A stretch of DNA of 64,000 nt from Lytechinus pictus (lineage: Eukaryota), in assembly GCF_037042905.1 (NCBI RefSeq), contig NC_087245.1, positions 34,412,001-34,476,000 of the forward strand. The letters are read 5' to 3'. The translations under genes were made by a program, and so were the position numbers. Positions within the stretch are counted from its first letter, which is position 1. The number at the start of each line of letters is the position of its first letter. Under the pieces are notes generated by a model that saw nothing but the letters and a program-made list of their open reading frames with translations, searched no databases and was not told the DNA's origin. This document shows positions 9,885 through 21,619 of the stretch, one piece after another.

Positions 9885-12450
9885 TGGTCATTTTCTTACT
9901 TGTTGCAGAATCAATGCCATATTTGTTCATTTTGTATTGTTTCAATGCCCCCCCCCCCTCCCTTGAAAGGGGAAGTGATATTTGGAGTCTCAAATTGTAG
10001 TGTAGTAAACAAGTGACTAACCAAGTTCATGTGTCAAAGGTCAGGGGTCAAAGTTGTATTTATGTCTATGATATCTGGGATCTTCTTACCATTATCTGGA
10101 TTCCGCAACCTATTCAAATATGGGTGTGAAAATCATGATTTGTTTGATGAATTGGTAATTCAAGAACATTATCAATTGCTGACAGACAAGGATAGATGCG
10201 AGCCAATAACACATACCTGTATGAACAGAAGCGGGCAGGCCAGATATAATCTGAGTAGCATAGATTTTGACATGATTAAAATATGGTAAACTACATGTAC
10301 TTCTAAATCACAGCAACATTCGCTTTTCGATCAGATATATTTTGCCCGGACATATTTCCTGTAATTTTGATGACATAATAGTTCATTCCTTTAAAAAAAA
10401 AAATGAATGACTTTGGTTTCGGCATTGAAATTCATTCCTGGAAAATAGTTGAATGATTTAGTATTTTGTTTGTTTTATAGCCGGTAGATATTTGTAAAAA
10501 AATCTCACAATGGCATGAGTACGATTTGACAGATAGAAGTCGCTCATGGTTCATTTACGCTTAAAGGAGAAGTCCACCCCAACAAAAAGTTGATTCGAAT
10601 AAAAAGAGCAAAATCCAACAAGCTTAATGCTGAAAATTTCATCAAAATCGGATGTAAAATAAGAAAGTTATGACATTTTATAGTTTCGCTTAATTTCACA
10701 AAACAGTTATATGCACTTCCTGGTCGGTATGCAAATGAGGAGACTGATGATGTCATCCACTCACTATTTCTTTTGTATATTATTATATGTAATATGGAAT
10801 ATTCTAATTTTCTCCTCAATTGTCAAGTGAAATAACGATTAATTCCTCCCTGAAAATGTGGAATTAGCATTGTTTAATACTCTATGATTCAGTCAAGTTG
10901 GTACTTATTGTAAAATCTGTAAAAAATGAAATATTGTATAATTCAAACAATAAAAGACAAAAGAAATAGTGAGTGAGGGACATCATCAACTGTCTCATTT
11001 GCATGTCACTGAGTTGTGCTTATCACCGTTTTGCGAAAAATAACCGAAACTTAAATAGAGTCACAACTTTTTTATTTTACATCTGATTTTGATGAAATTT
11101 TCAGCGTTATGCTAGTTTGATTTTTCTCTATTTATTGAAATCAACATTTTGCTGGGGTGGACTTGACCTTTAATGGTGATCTGATGATATTTGGGGTTTC
11201 CAGTGTCAGAAGTTAAAGTTGAAAAGATCATCAAAATGGCTTGTTCTTGCGTTACCTGAACACCCAATAGCAGAATTGATATCAAATTCAAACTGGATTG
11301 AAATATCTCAATTAGACATCTAGCCAATCATGTAAAGGTTACTGAACTCATTAAAAGGCTTGTTTTGCAATAACCTGTGAAACTTCTTTGAAGAGAAGTT
11401 CAAAACAGTCCATTTGATAACACAAGAAAAGTAAAATATGTAGGAGGTAGTCTGTTTGGATTAACTGCCGGTTTAATTTTGAAAACAAATCTTTCGATAA
11501 ATGATTGCATAATTTGTTCTTGAAAATTCAACATGAGCGTATTGATATGTTATTTTCTGTGAAATAGGGAGTATTTTCTGGCATATTTGAATGGGGTTGA
11601 GAATCCAACATATGTTGCAATATAAGAACAAACAATTGAAAGTAATAAATAATTCAGAAAAAAAAACATGACCGTCCTTATAGCTCCATATTGATTACTT
11701 CTCCTGGATTGCATTGCTATCACTTTGTACCATGTCTTTTGTTTTTGTATCAGATGTATTTAATGTACATACTGTAAATATATTAGATTATTATGTAGAA
11801 AGAAATTATTTCAGTCTCTCCAGTTAGAATTGAGAATTTAGTGTACTGAAAAATCTTTTAACGGGTGTGTCACAAATATGTGTACGATACTCTATCATAA
11901 AAACATCTTAGGATTGTAATTCTTCCTCTAGATTTAAACAATATTTTGTGTGAAAAATCACAAAAACAGTAACCACTTCTCATTTAAAAAAATAAATAGA
12001 TAGAACAGAAAACTAAAAAAGATGTTGTTATATTTGTAGTATGAGTACAAATTAAATGTAAAATAAACATAAGATACACATGCTGATAGCCTGAGGATAA
12101 AGAACGAAAACAGAACACATTATTATGAAAAGCAAGTCTTTGAAGCTTGTATATGGAAATTGAATACTTATTGTTTGTACTCAAGGATGGTTTGACTTGT
12201 TTTCTCCTTTCCTGTATTTTTTTTATACATGTCTCATTTTCATAGACCCCTTTCCTATTTTCATCCTAGTTAATGGAGTCCATTTGCATCCAACAAGTCT
12301 GGTTTCTTTTATCTTCACCTTCCTTTCTTTTTGCTTCTTACCTTTTCATGTGTGTATAGATAATGAATACCTGTTATGATTTTTTTTTCTGAAACTAAAA
12401 AAAAAGCAAAATATGTGTCAATTAAAGTGCAAATAGTATTTTAATCTTCC
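9885..12450 (+). other. Putative 3' UTR of the Hippo kinase gene (end uncertain)
   Basis: T-rich sequence after the stop; candidate polyadenylation signals AATAAA near 11644, 11991 and 12062, and ATTAAA at 12421. Confidence 0.35.
10565..11169 (+). mobile_element. Kolobok/T2-like MITE with TTAA TSD
   Basis: TTAA|AGGAGAAGTCCACCCC ... GGGGTGGACTTGACCT|TTAA; similar copies at 18763 and 19800. Confidence 0.88.
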
Positions 12451-12805
12451 CATCTTGTAAATATTTATGTAGATTACCATAATATCTGTTCTTGTTCAAT
12501 CTCTTGAATTACTCTCTGAGAACAGGTAGTTATATAATTTGTGTGTTTGTAACTCTGTATATTTTTGTTTGGTATTTGTTCTGTTTCTGTGCTACATTAA
12601 CCTTACAAAGTTACGTTATAGGTCTACAAAATATTCCCATTTATTTAAAGGAAAGTATTCACATGTATTTCGGGTCGACACTGCGCTTCTTACTGAGGGC
12701 TGTGAAATTTGATGATTATTCAATGAAACATCAAATATTAAGTAGCATCCATTACAGTTTGATTGAAACATTCCTGTTTCATTACAAGTGTTGTTGTAAT
12801 GATGC

Positions 12806-13652
12806 AGAGCATTGTGGCCCAGTGGACTAGGCTCCGGACTTTGAAATAGAGGGTTGCTGGTTTTTATGCCAGCCATGGCATAATCTCCTTCACCCCCCCC
12901 CCCTCCCAAACAATAATAATCCACATTGTGCTGCACTCCTCCAAGGTGTGGTTAATGGATGTGTGGCAGGGGTTTTCGGGGGGGGGGGGCAGTCAAATGT
13001 ATTGCTCTACACATGCGTGACCAAATTATTTCCAAACACCCCCCTAAACAAGTTTTTCTCTGTGTGTGCAAAATAACAAATAACCCACTAAACAAGTTTT
13101 TCGCAGGCTTTATCTATACATTTTGGCCCCTAAACAAGTTATCGCAAGAATATGACCCCTAAACAAGTTTTGTATACAATCGGGAAGAACCCGAACACTT
13201 TTCAGAAACGAGGAGGAAAAAGCCTTGGGGAAAAAGCTAGGGGAAAAACATGCCCTTAACACGTTTGGTTAGTCTTTAAAAAAAACTTTGGAAAACAATA
13301 CCCTAAAGTTGACCCCATGATTGACCATTCACCAGTCTTTCAAAACCACCCTTTTTCTTGAAAATCAGCATTTTTGATACCCTTAACAAATGCACGCGCG
13401 GACCACGTCCAAAACTGAAAAAAAAACCTTTAAACATGCTTTTTATGTTACGCATGTCTACAGCAATATATTTGGAAACCCCCCCCCCCCCCCCCCCCCG
13501 GGGGATTTTATTCTTTGAAATGCCTTTGCGCTGTAAGAGGCTTGCCGGGCGCTACTAGGGTAACGATGTCCGAGTCCCCTTGAGAAGCGCAGAGTTATGC
13601 TACAAGAGGTACATGATATATGCACTACACAAGAACTGAATTTTATCATTAT
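12806..13652 (+). mobile_element. Degenerate tRNA-derived SINE interrupted by a MITE
   Basis: The head GAGCATTGTGGCCCAGTGG...GGACTTTGAAA and ATCCACATTGTGCTGCACTC match the 53192 SINE; the 3' part resumes after ~13503. Confidence 0.7.
12977..13502. mobile_element. MITE with poly-G/poly-C termini inserted in the SINE
   Basis: G-run + CAGTCAAATGTATTGCTCTACACATGCGTGAC is inverted as GTTACGCATGTCTACAGCAATATATTTGG + C-run; internal CCCTAAACAAGTT repeats. Confidence 0.65.
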
Positions 13653-13864
13653 AGTCATTGGTTTCATTGGAAATTGGAATTGCTGGTCTTCATGTTTACA
13701 GGAGTTATATTATTTTTCTTGATCACATTGTGGCGTATCCTGTGTACTGTATGGTGATTGAAATAACTTTTGATTATATGTAAACAGAGTATTTTTATAC
13801 TAGTGATGATGTTTTAATGTAATTTTAGGCAGTGATAATGTAGTCACTTGTATGATATTAACCG

Positions 13865-14097
13865 GGGGGGGGGGGGGGTGTTTCACAAAGATTTAAGTGT
13901 AAAAGTCACACTTAAATGCCTGGTTGCGTGCAGTATAAAAGGCATGACCGCATCGGTGAGATCATGTTAAGAGGATGTGCGCTACTGCGTATTGCATATC
14001 ATGCATGCATGGGGCTACTACAGCTCCATGATGTATGCGTCAGCATTTAAGTGCGACTCTACGTCATACTTAAACCTTTGTGAAACACCCCTCCCCT
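13865..14097. mobile_element. PIF/Harbinger-like MITE (same family as 30757-30981, opposite orientation)
   Basis: GGGGTGTTTCACAAAG ... CTTTGTGAAACACCCC TIRs; interior shared with the 30757 copy. Confidence 0.75.
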
Positions 14098-15121
14098 CTG
14101 GAGAAAGCCACTGTTTAGTGATAGCTCATCCTCTTATGTCTAATCTTCCCTGGCCTTGTTCAGACTTGGGGCTGTTTTAGTAGGAGTAAGGTCGGTGGAA
14201 ATGGCGGAATAGTGCCGTCCGTACGACAGAGTTTGTGATAAGTTACTCCAACCTTGCTCCGACCAAAGCCTTGTTCATGGGTGTGTTCCTTTTTTTTTAA
14301 ATGGATTAAATTTCCAAAGTCTCATTCAGACGCGGGGGATCCTGGTAAGATTAAAATTCTGTCATGAATTGATTAAAATTCAAAAAGATCTTTAAATTTC
14401 TAATTTAAATTTTTCGACCCAGATGTAGACTGTTTTTGGTCAAAGGAAGGGTACAGAGATACTCTAACGTCAGCCTATGTCATTGTATCTTTGGAATTTT
14501 AATCCATTCACAATAGCAGTTTACTCAGACTTGTATCCCACTCCTGATCAAGGCTAATGTCTGATAACATAGGGCCTGCTTTTTAACACTCCTCTTTAAT
14601 AGTCCTTTTTTTAAATGAATATAATGAGCCTCTTCTATGTCCTGGGTTTCTCTTTCAAGCCCTATCCTTTCCCTGGCATCTTTCATAACCCCTGATTATC
14701 CTCATGGGTGTCTCCTGTCAGCTCTTTGTTCCCCTCTTTTGATCTCTTCTAGTAATCCGTTAATTCCCTTTATGCTTTTATCTATATTCAAGATCGTTAG
14801 TCTGGGGTTCTGGTTGAGCAGTTTCATCCACCATCCAGAGCTTTCTATGCCCTTCATGTAGGTCAGCGTGGCCTGTGCGTGATCAGGGCAAAAATCTTGA
14901 GTTGGAAAATCAATCTTAAATTCAGACTGATATAAATTTCATATCTTTTACCTATATTATTTGAGAACAATGTCAATTTGAGTTTGATTTGAATCAATTG
15001 CAACTCTTTGTGAGACTGGGGGGCACAGGGACGCCACTCACTTTCCAGGCAAGAATCTAAACTGAATTGAATCTCTGCAATGTATTATCAGGCTAGTTTA
15101 ACATGTGTCCCAGAAGTATTT

Positions 15122-15270
15122 CAGGGATGTGAGAGCTCACCTTTTTAGCTAATTTCAGCTAGTTTTGCTTTTGATTTTCAGCTTAATTTTAGCTTTCCTC
15201 TTTCCAATTACGGGAGCTCTTTCAATTTTAACTTTTTTCAGCTCTTTTTGTGATCGCTCACACGCCCCTG
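15122..15270. mobile_element. hAT-like MITE (family of 21055-21219, opposite orientation)
   Basis: CAGGGATGTGAG ... CTCACACGCCCCTG with internal TTTTCAGCT repeats. Confidence 0.65.
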
Positions 15271-16278
15271 ATATTTGTTTCGATTTACACTCAACACTAA
15301 CAGTTTGTATCAGATCTCTTCTTCAATTTGATATCGAATATGTCGGTAGTGATTTGTTCAAGCATGGCATATTTTATGATGAATGATATCCGAACAACCA
15401 CTTATGACCATCAAACCTGTACTTTCTCTTCATTTCTCATAATTATAAAGTAACGATTGAAAATGCTGTTTCCCTTGTGATTAATGTATATCCTCTCTCT
15501 ATTGTGCAATGGTTTGGCGGAAGAATGCCTTAGTAATGTTCCAGTTTCATGATAAATTATTGGACCACTTTACTACTAAGACCCCATACGGTATGGTCTA
15601 ATAAGCTGTATATCATTATTCCTAAACCATCATTTTGGATTGGGTGTTCACAGTTGAAATTACACAGGTTTAGTGCATGTGGTAAAGCTGTACAAACGAT
15701 CCCTTCTATTGTTGTAAAGTCACCCATTAAAGTTTTTTTTTAACTGAAGCTATTTTCTTATGTCAGGAAATATTTCAATTTGGCCTTATTTTACTTGTAT
15801 TTGGATGTAGAGACCACACACTCAGAATTTACCCCGAGTTTGAGAGCTAAGTACATAATGTTTTTAAAAAGAATTCTCACTAATTCTATAGCATTGCAGT
15901 TAATTCTAATAGGTGCTCAAACGTTAGTAATATCCATTTAGTTAATATCCATGTCTGTAAGGAAGTGCTTGCCAAGATTCCTTTATCATGAATATAAAAA
16001 TATGTTAAGGTGTTAATTGTAAATGGCTAGAAAATATTTGATGCTGCATCTGGTTGTAGAAGTTTAGAACATGTCATACAATTAAAAATTCATATTACAT
16101 TTGTTCACAAACTTTGAGATTTCAATTGAACTACCAAACAATGTGTAGATGAATTTAACCTTTGAGCACTGTAACTAGGGGCTTCCAATGAAGAAAAAAA
16201 AGCACCTTCAGTTGATTACTAGTTTACACAAGCCACTTGTGTTACTATGTCAGTGCAAATATCATCTTTTGTTTGGTA

Positions 16279-16763
16279 TACTTGCAGCCCCCAATCGAGA
16301 ATTACCATTAAAAAAAAACATCACTCGAACTGAATAGATAGCTTACTATTAAAGTGATTCAGATTTAAGAATGTTTCTTTCCTAAGTACCTATAGTGACC
16401 AGGTATTCCATCAACCTGTTTTAATTAATGAACTACAATCCTTGCAATCTGCCTTGCATGTACATTACCTTTTGCTATGTCTGGCAAGCTTTCAGGTTGT
16501 CAAGACCAACTTTTGTTTTGGGGGCGTACTTGCAGCCCCCAATTGAGAATTACTATTAAAAAACAGCACTCAAACTGAATAGACAGCTTACTATTTTTAA
16601 GTGATTCAGATTTAAGGATGTTTCTTTCCTATGGACCTATAGTGACCAGGTATTTCATCAACCTGTTTTAATTAATGAACTACACTCCTTGCAATCTGCC
16701 TTGCATGTACATTACCTTTTGCTATGTCTGGCAAGCTTTCAGGTTGTCAAGACCAACTTTTGT
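16279..16763. repeat. Tandem duplication of about 248 bp (2 copies)
   Basis: TACTTGCAGCCCCCAAT at 16279 and 16527; both copies end GTCAAGACCAACTTTTGT. Confidence 0.92.
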
Positions 16764-17163
16764 CTCAAAAGTATGCATAAAATCTGAGCAAATATAAATT
16801 GGTCCTTTGGTCATACAGACATGATGTTCACGCATTGATAATAAGTTGATGGATATTCTATCACCCCCCCCCCCCTTCAGACAAGTTCTTGCATTGTACA
16901 ATGTTTGGTTATACAATGTTTTTTATTCTTAAATTGATGCATCAGTTCAGTTTATTGAAGCACATTGCATCTGAATAGCCACATATCGTATTTCGCGTAT
17001 AATATATCCTACCAAACACATGACATTTTCAGAATACTTCTTCAAAATGTCTTAAGGTTTTGAGATCGTTTTGGGCAATTCTGTAAAAGTTATGTTTGCT
17101 GGGATACAATGAGTTTGTGCATCCAAACACCAGGAAAACCAAAGGAGAATTGTTTGATAACTG

Positions 17164-17320
17164 GTAGGTGTTTCATAAGATACCAAGGATTTTACAAACG
17201 ACTGGTGATCCTTTTGTAGGCGCTTAACCAACAGCAATGAAAATTACGTGTATATCATTTACCACGTAAAGGGTCACCAGTTGTTCATAAAGTCACTCCT
17301 AACTTATATGAAACACTCAC
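17164..17320. mobile_element. PIF/Harbinger-like MITE (family of 1140-1309)
   Basis: GTAGGTGTTTCATA ... TATGAAACACTCAC with ACGACTGGTGA/TCACCAGT internal arms. Confidence 0.65.
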
Positions 17321-17949
17321 CAGATCATCAACATGTTATTAAAGGAAAGGTTTTATTTATGTCTCGATGCATAGTATGAAACGAAACCAGTGACCCGTCG
17401 CCTGTATGATAAGATGTTGGTCTATTGAGTGTGTTTGATTTGGGGTGTACTTTTTCATTTTTTTTAATTCATGAAAGAATTTTAGACAACTAACATTTCA
17501 TGTGGATAGAATGATCAGCTTGGTAGGTAAGCTAAGAAGAAGTTATTTAAATACGAGAGAAATAAAAGTACATTTAAAATGATTTTATATATAAAATACA
17601 GTGTGTTCCTGGTTTTCTGTTGTATGTGCTGATTACACTAACAGTCTTGAGCCCAATACCTGTAATACAACGCATTATCAAATCACATACACAAAACACA
17701 ATGGTTCAAAATTTCATCAAATCCTATTTTACTTTTTGGTAAAGTCTCCATAAGTGCGTGTCACTATCCCAATTCATTACTTGATTACATAAAAGTGTGT
17801 GCCCCATTGGGGTTATGATGAGAAGGGTATACTAGCACATCAATGATGTGGAGCTCATCCGGCATCTTGCAACAAAATTTAACACAATTTTAAATTAATT
17901 TCAGCCCAGTTGACGATGTAGTTAATTATATTGGTGACATAAATTGAGG

Positions 17950-18725
17950 AAACAGAATTGAAATTGATGAAGAAATGACAGAGAAGAATCATTTTTCGGG
18001 GGATTTATGAATAAATTTTGTATAAATTAGCATAATATTTTTTCTAGTCAAATTTTTTTTCAAAATTCTGTGTGGAACCTTGGTGAACCTCATGTAGCTC
18101 TCAGATGGAACACACAAAAAAATCAAAATCAGTCAACAAATAAATAAGAAGCATTTTTTATGAGTTTTGAAAAATATGCATAAATTAGCATATTTAATGA
18201 ATTTCAAGATTCTGTGCAGAAATTTTGAATATCCCACCTAGTCCCACCTAGTGCTATCATATAAAGCAAACAAATTGAAATCGGACGTACGAAGAAGAAG
18301 CATTTTGAAATTTTGTCAACAAACAAAGAAGAGGCATTTTCTGTGATTTGTGAATAAATTTCGCATAAATTAGCATAAAGAACTTTCTACTCAAAATTAT
18401 GTGTAGAAATTTTGGTGAACCTCATGAAGCTCTACCAGATGGAAGAAAATAAATCAAAATCGGTCAAGAAATGAAGAAGCATTTTTGTTAGTTTTTAAGA
18501 ATATGCATAAATAAGCATTAAAAAAATTTTTAGTCAAAATTTCAAAATTCTGTATAGAAGTTACCGTACATGTAGGTGAACCTCATCATGAAGCTCTACC
18601 AGATGTAAGCAAAAAAAATATCGGTCAACGAATAAAGAAGTATTTTTTTGTGAATTTTGAAAAATGTGCATAAATTAGCATATTTTATGATTTTCAAAAT
18701 TCTGTGTAGAACTTTTGAATCCAAG
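17950..18725. repeat. Degenerate tandem array (~140-190 bp spacing), probably the interior of a HINE-like element
   Basis: Recurring GCATAAATTAGCAT, AAAATTCTGTGTAGAA, GGTGAACCTCAT and AAATCGGTCAA motifs. Confidence 0.7.
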
Positions 18726-18762
18726 TTCAACAAGTTTTTGTTGGGGTGGACTTGTCCTTTAA

Positions 18763-19295
18763 AGGACAAATCCACCCCAAATAAAAAAATATTTGAATAA
18801 AAAGAGAAAAATCCAACAAGCAAAACACTGAAAATTTTATCAAAATCGGATGTAAAATAAGAAAGTTATGACATTTTAAAGTTTTGCTCAATTTCACAAA
18901 ACAGTTATACGCACATCCTGGTCGGTATGCAAATGAGGAGACTGATGATGTCATCCACTCACTATTTCTTTTATATTTCATTATATGAAATATGAAATAT
19001 TCTAATTTTCTCCGAATTGTCAAGTGAAACAGTGATTAATTCTTCCCTATACACGTGGAATTAGCATTGTTTAATACTATATGGTTCAGTCAAGTCGGTC
19101 CCTTGTGGTCAAATCTGTAAAAAATGAAATTATGTATAATTCAAACAATAAAAAACTAAGAAATAGTGAGTGATGGACATCATCGAATGACTCATTTGCA
19201 TGTCATTGAGTTGTGCATATCACTGTTTTGCGTTATGCTAGTTTGATTTTGCTCTATTTATTCAAATCAACATTTTTCTGGGGTGGACTTGACCT
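18763..19295 (+). mobile_element. Kolobok/T2-like MITE with TTAA TSD
   Basis: TTAA at 18759-18762, AGGACAAATCCACCCC ... GGGGTGGACTTGACCT, TTAA at 19296-19299; internal deletion relative to the 10565 copy. Confidence 0.88.
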
Positions 19296-19799
19296 TTAAG
19301 ATTTGTAATAATTTTGGTCACAATGTGACCAAGAATGGCCCATATCGGTTTATCTTTAGTCATGTTTTCTTTCTAAATTAAACAATCCTAGATTTACAAT
19401 CTAAACTTGTTTGTCGTAAAAGATCAAGGTCAGAAGAGAGCCATTGAATTTTAGATAAGAATGAACATCGTCACAAACTGTTTCTCTTATTTAATCAATG
19501 TCATGTGTCCAAGACTGTTTCGAAAATGATTAATTATGAAGATGTAAAATTGTTTCAGGATGCTAATTTATAAACTTTGACTATCAGGATTGGGGAGGAT
19601 ATTTTGAGTAAATGCTAAACAGGTAGAAGTCATTTTTCTGTTATATGAAATAAATTGAGGAATGTTCATTTATATTACTCAGTAATGAAATTACATTAAC
19701 AGTTTACCAATTTAATCATGGAATTACAATTGAATTATATACACTGTGTGAATATTGTGAAACTTGAAGATATTATTCCTTAGATTATTCATAGTTTAA

Positions 19800-20210
19800 A
19801 GGTCAAGTCCACCCCGAAAAAATGTTGATATGAACAAATAGAAAAAAATCAAACAAGCATAACGCTAAAAATTTCATCAAAGTTATGGCACTTTTAAAGT
19901 TTTGCTTATTTTTCACAAATAGTGATTTGCATAACTCAGTGACATGCAAATGAGTCAGTGGATGATGTCCATCACTATTTCTTTTGTTTTTTATTAACTC
20001 AGTGACATGCAAATGAGTCAGTGGATGATGTCCATCACTATTTCTTTTGTTTTTTATTGTTTGAATTATGCAGTATTTCATTTTTTACAAACTTGACAGT
20101 AAGGACCAACTTGACTGAACCATATAGCATTAAACAATTCTAATTCCACATGTTCAGAGAAGAATTAATTGTTATTTCACTTAACAATGAGGAGTAAATT
20201 AGAATATTTC
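19800..20210 (-). mobile_element. Truncated Kolobok/T2-like MITE in reverse orientation with an internal ~62-bp tandem duplication
   Basis: TTAA|AGGTCAAGTCCACCCC start; TAACTCAGTGACATGCAAATGAGTCAGTGG duplicated at ~19932 and ~19994. Confidence 0.8.
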
Positions 20211-20435
20211 AGTTCGACGTGAATGACTACATGCAGGGAATGGTCCAGAATCCCTCCATGTTGGTTTTCTTTTCTTGATGCTCTAACATGGACTTCAATT
20301 TGCAGAGCAATCTGCCATAAATTTGAGCTTGAAATTTCCAGCATCACTTTAAACCCATAGTTCCTGCATGTAGTGCAGATAATAGTGAAGCTCAACTGCT
20401 AGACAAGGCAACACGCCCAATTAATGCAAACATGT

Positions 20436-20563
20436 TTGATCCACCTGTAGAACTTGGTATACAGAGAGCGGTGGAGCCTGACTGGTTTATTCTGTCTTTG
20501 ACTATTATGTACGTAACAATAGGCCAGGGCATGGCATTGACCGGAACGGTTGAATCCATAATA
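20436..20563 (+). repeat. Dispersed repeat fragment; second copy at ~25725-25852
   Basis: Shared TTGATCCACCTGT...GGAGCCTGACTGGTTTATTC...ACAATAGGCCAGGGCA...GGAACGGTTGAATC. Confidence 0.8.
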
Positions 20564-21054
20564 GATAAAGTTTTCCACAATATCATTTTGAGAAGTCCCT
20601 ATTTTGAGCTATGAACCCAAGGCCCTGTGAGATATTAAGACCGAAGCAAATGTCGCAGGAGCAAATGTCATAGGAGCAAATGTCGCAGGAGCAAATTTCA
20701 TGTCACCACTAAACAAAGAGAAAAGTAATGTTTGATTGTATTCTATTCTACACAGCAAATTTATTCTTTTCTCAAATGGGGGGGGGGTGGATCCAGGAAT
20801 TTAAGATAGCAGGGACATATATGTAAATAGCAAATTTGAAAACGGGACGCAGAATACAATTTTCACAGATTTAGCTATATTGATATACATGTACATGTTC
20901 CATGGGCGATTCTCAAAATATAGATTGGGTTTGTGTACCTTGTACCCCCGTCTGGATCGGCCGAGGGGATGGGGTGGGGGAGTGGTGGGCGTTCTGGGGC
21001 AACAACTAGCAACATAAACATAGTTCATTCTCACAGGCATTTTGTGAATGAAAT

Positions 21055-21219
21055 CAGGGGTGTGAGTGGTCACAAATAAAAAGATCTGAAAAAAGCTGAA
21101 GAGTGTTGAAAAAGTCTGAAATAGAAAGAGCTCCCATAATTTGTGTACAGAGGAAGGCCAAAAATAAGCTGAAATTAAGCTGAAAATCAAAACAAAAAAT
21201 CTGAACTCTCACACCCCTG
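21055..21219. mobile_element. hAT-type MITE with a perfect 8-bp TSD
   Basis: AATGAAAT|CAGGGGTGTGAG ... CTCACACCCCTG|AATGAAAT. Confidence 0.88.
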
Positions 21220-21619
21220 AATGAAATGGATTTACCATTAGCTCCTGTTGTTAATTCTCACTTATAAAATGGGTTGAGTATACATTTATCTATTTATTTG
21301 TTATTTGTATAGTATAAAGAAAAAAACGCCCTGATAATAAAAAAGGCAACAATGGAACTCAACAAAGACATAATTCACATAAAATAAGATTTTTACAAAT
21401 ATATTCTGGAACACTCCTATCTCAATTCCTCTTTGTTTCTTAATCTTTCACTTTTCCTTAATATGTTTCCCACTTCCAGATCTCTCTCTCTCTCTCTCCA
21501 TTCATATCTCCAAACTTTTCAATTTCTCACTTTCCGTCAATCTGTTTCTTCCTCCATCTCTTTTTCCTCGTCATCCCCCATACATGCACTTCACAAAAAA
21601 AGAATGAAAACGTACATGT

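Noticed and set aside
10544..10819. Similar ORFs at 10544-10819 and 18727-19023 suggesting a gene family
   Set aside because: Both lie inside copies of the same non-coding TTAA MITE.
14600..14870. Purine-skewed minus-strand stretch resembling decayed coding sequence (MKGIESSGWWMKLL...)
   Set aside because: Short, stop-interrupted and with no recognisable domain; could be an old retroelement fragment but cannot be supported without a search.
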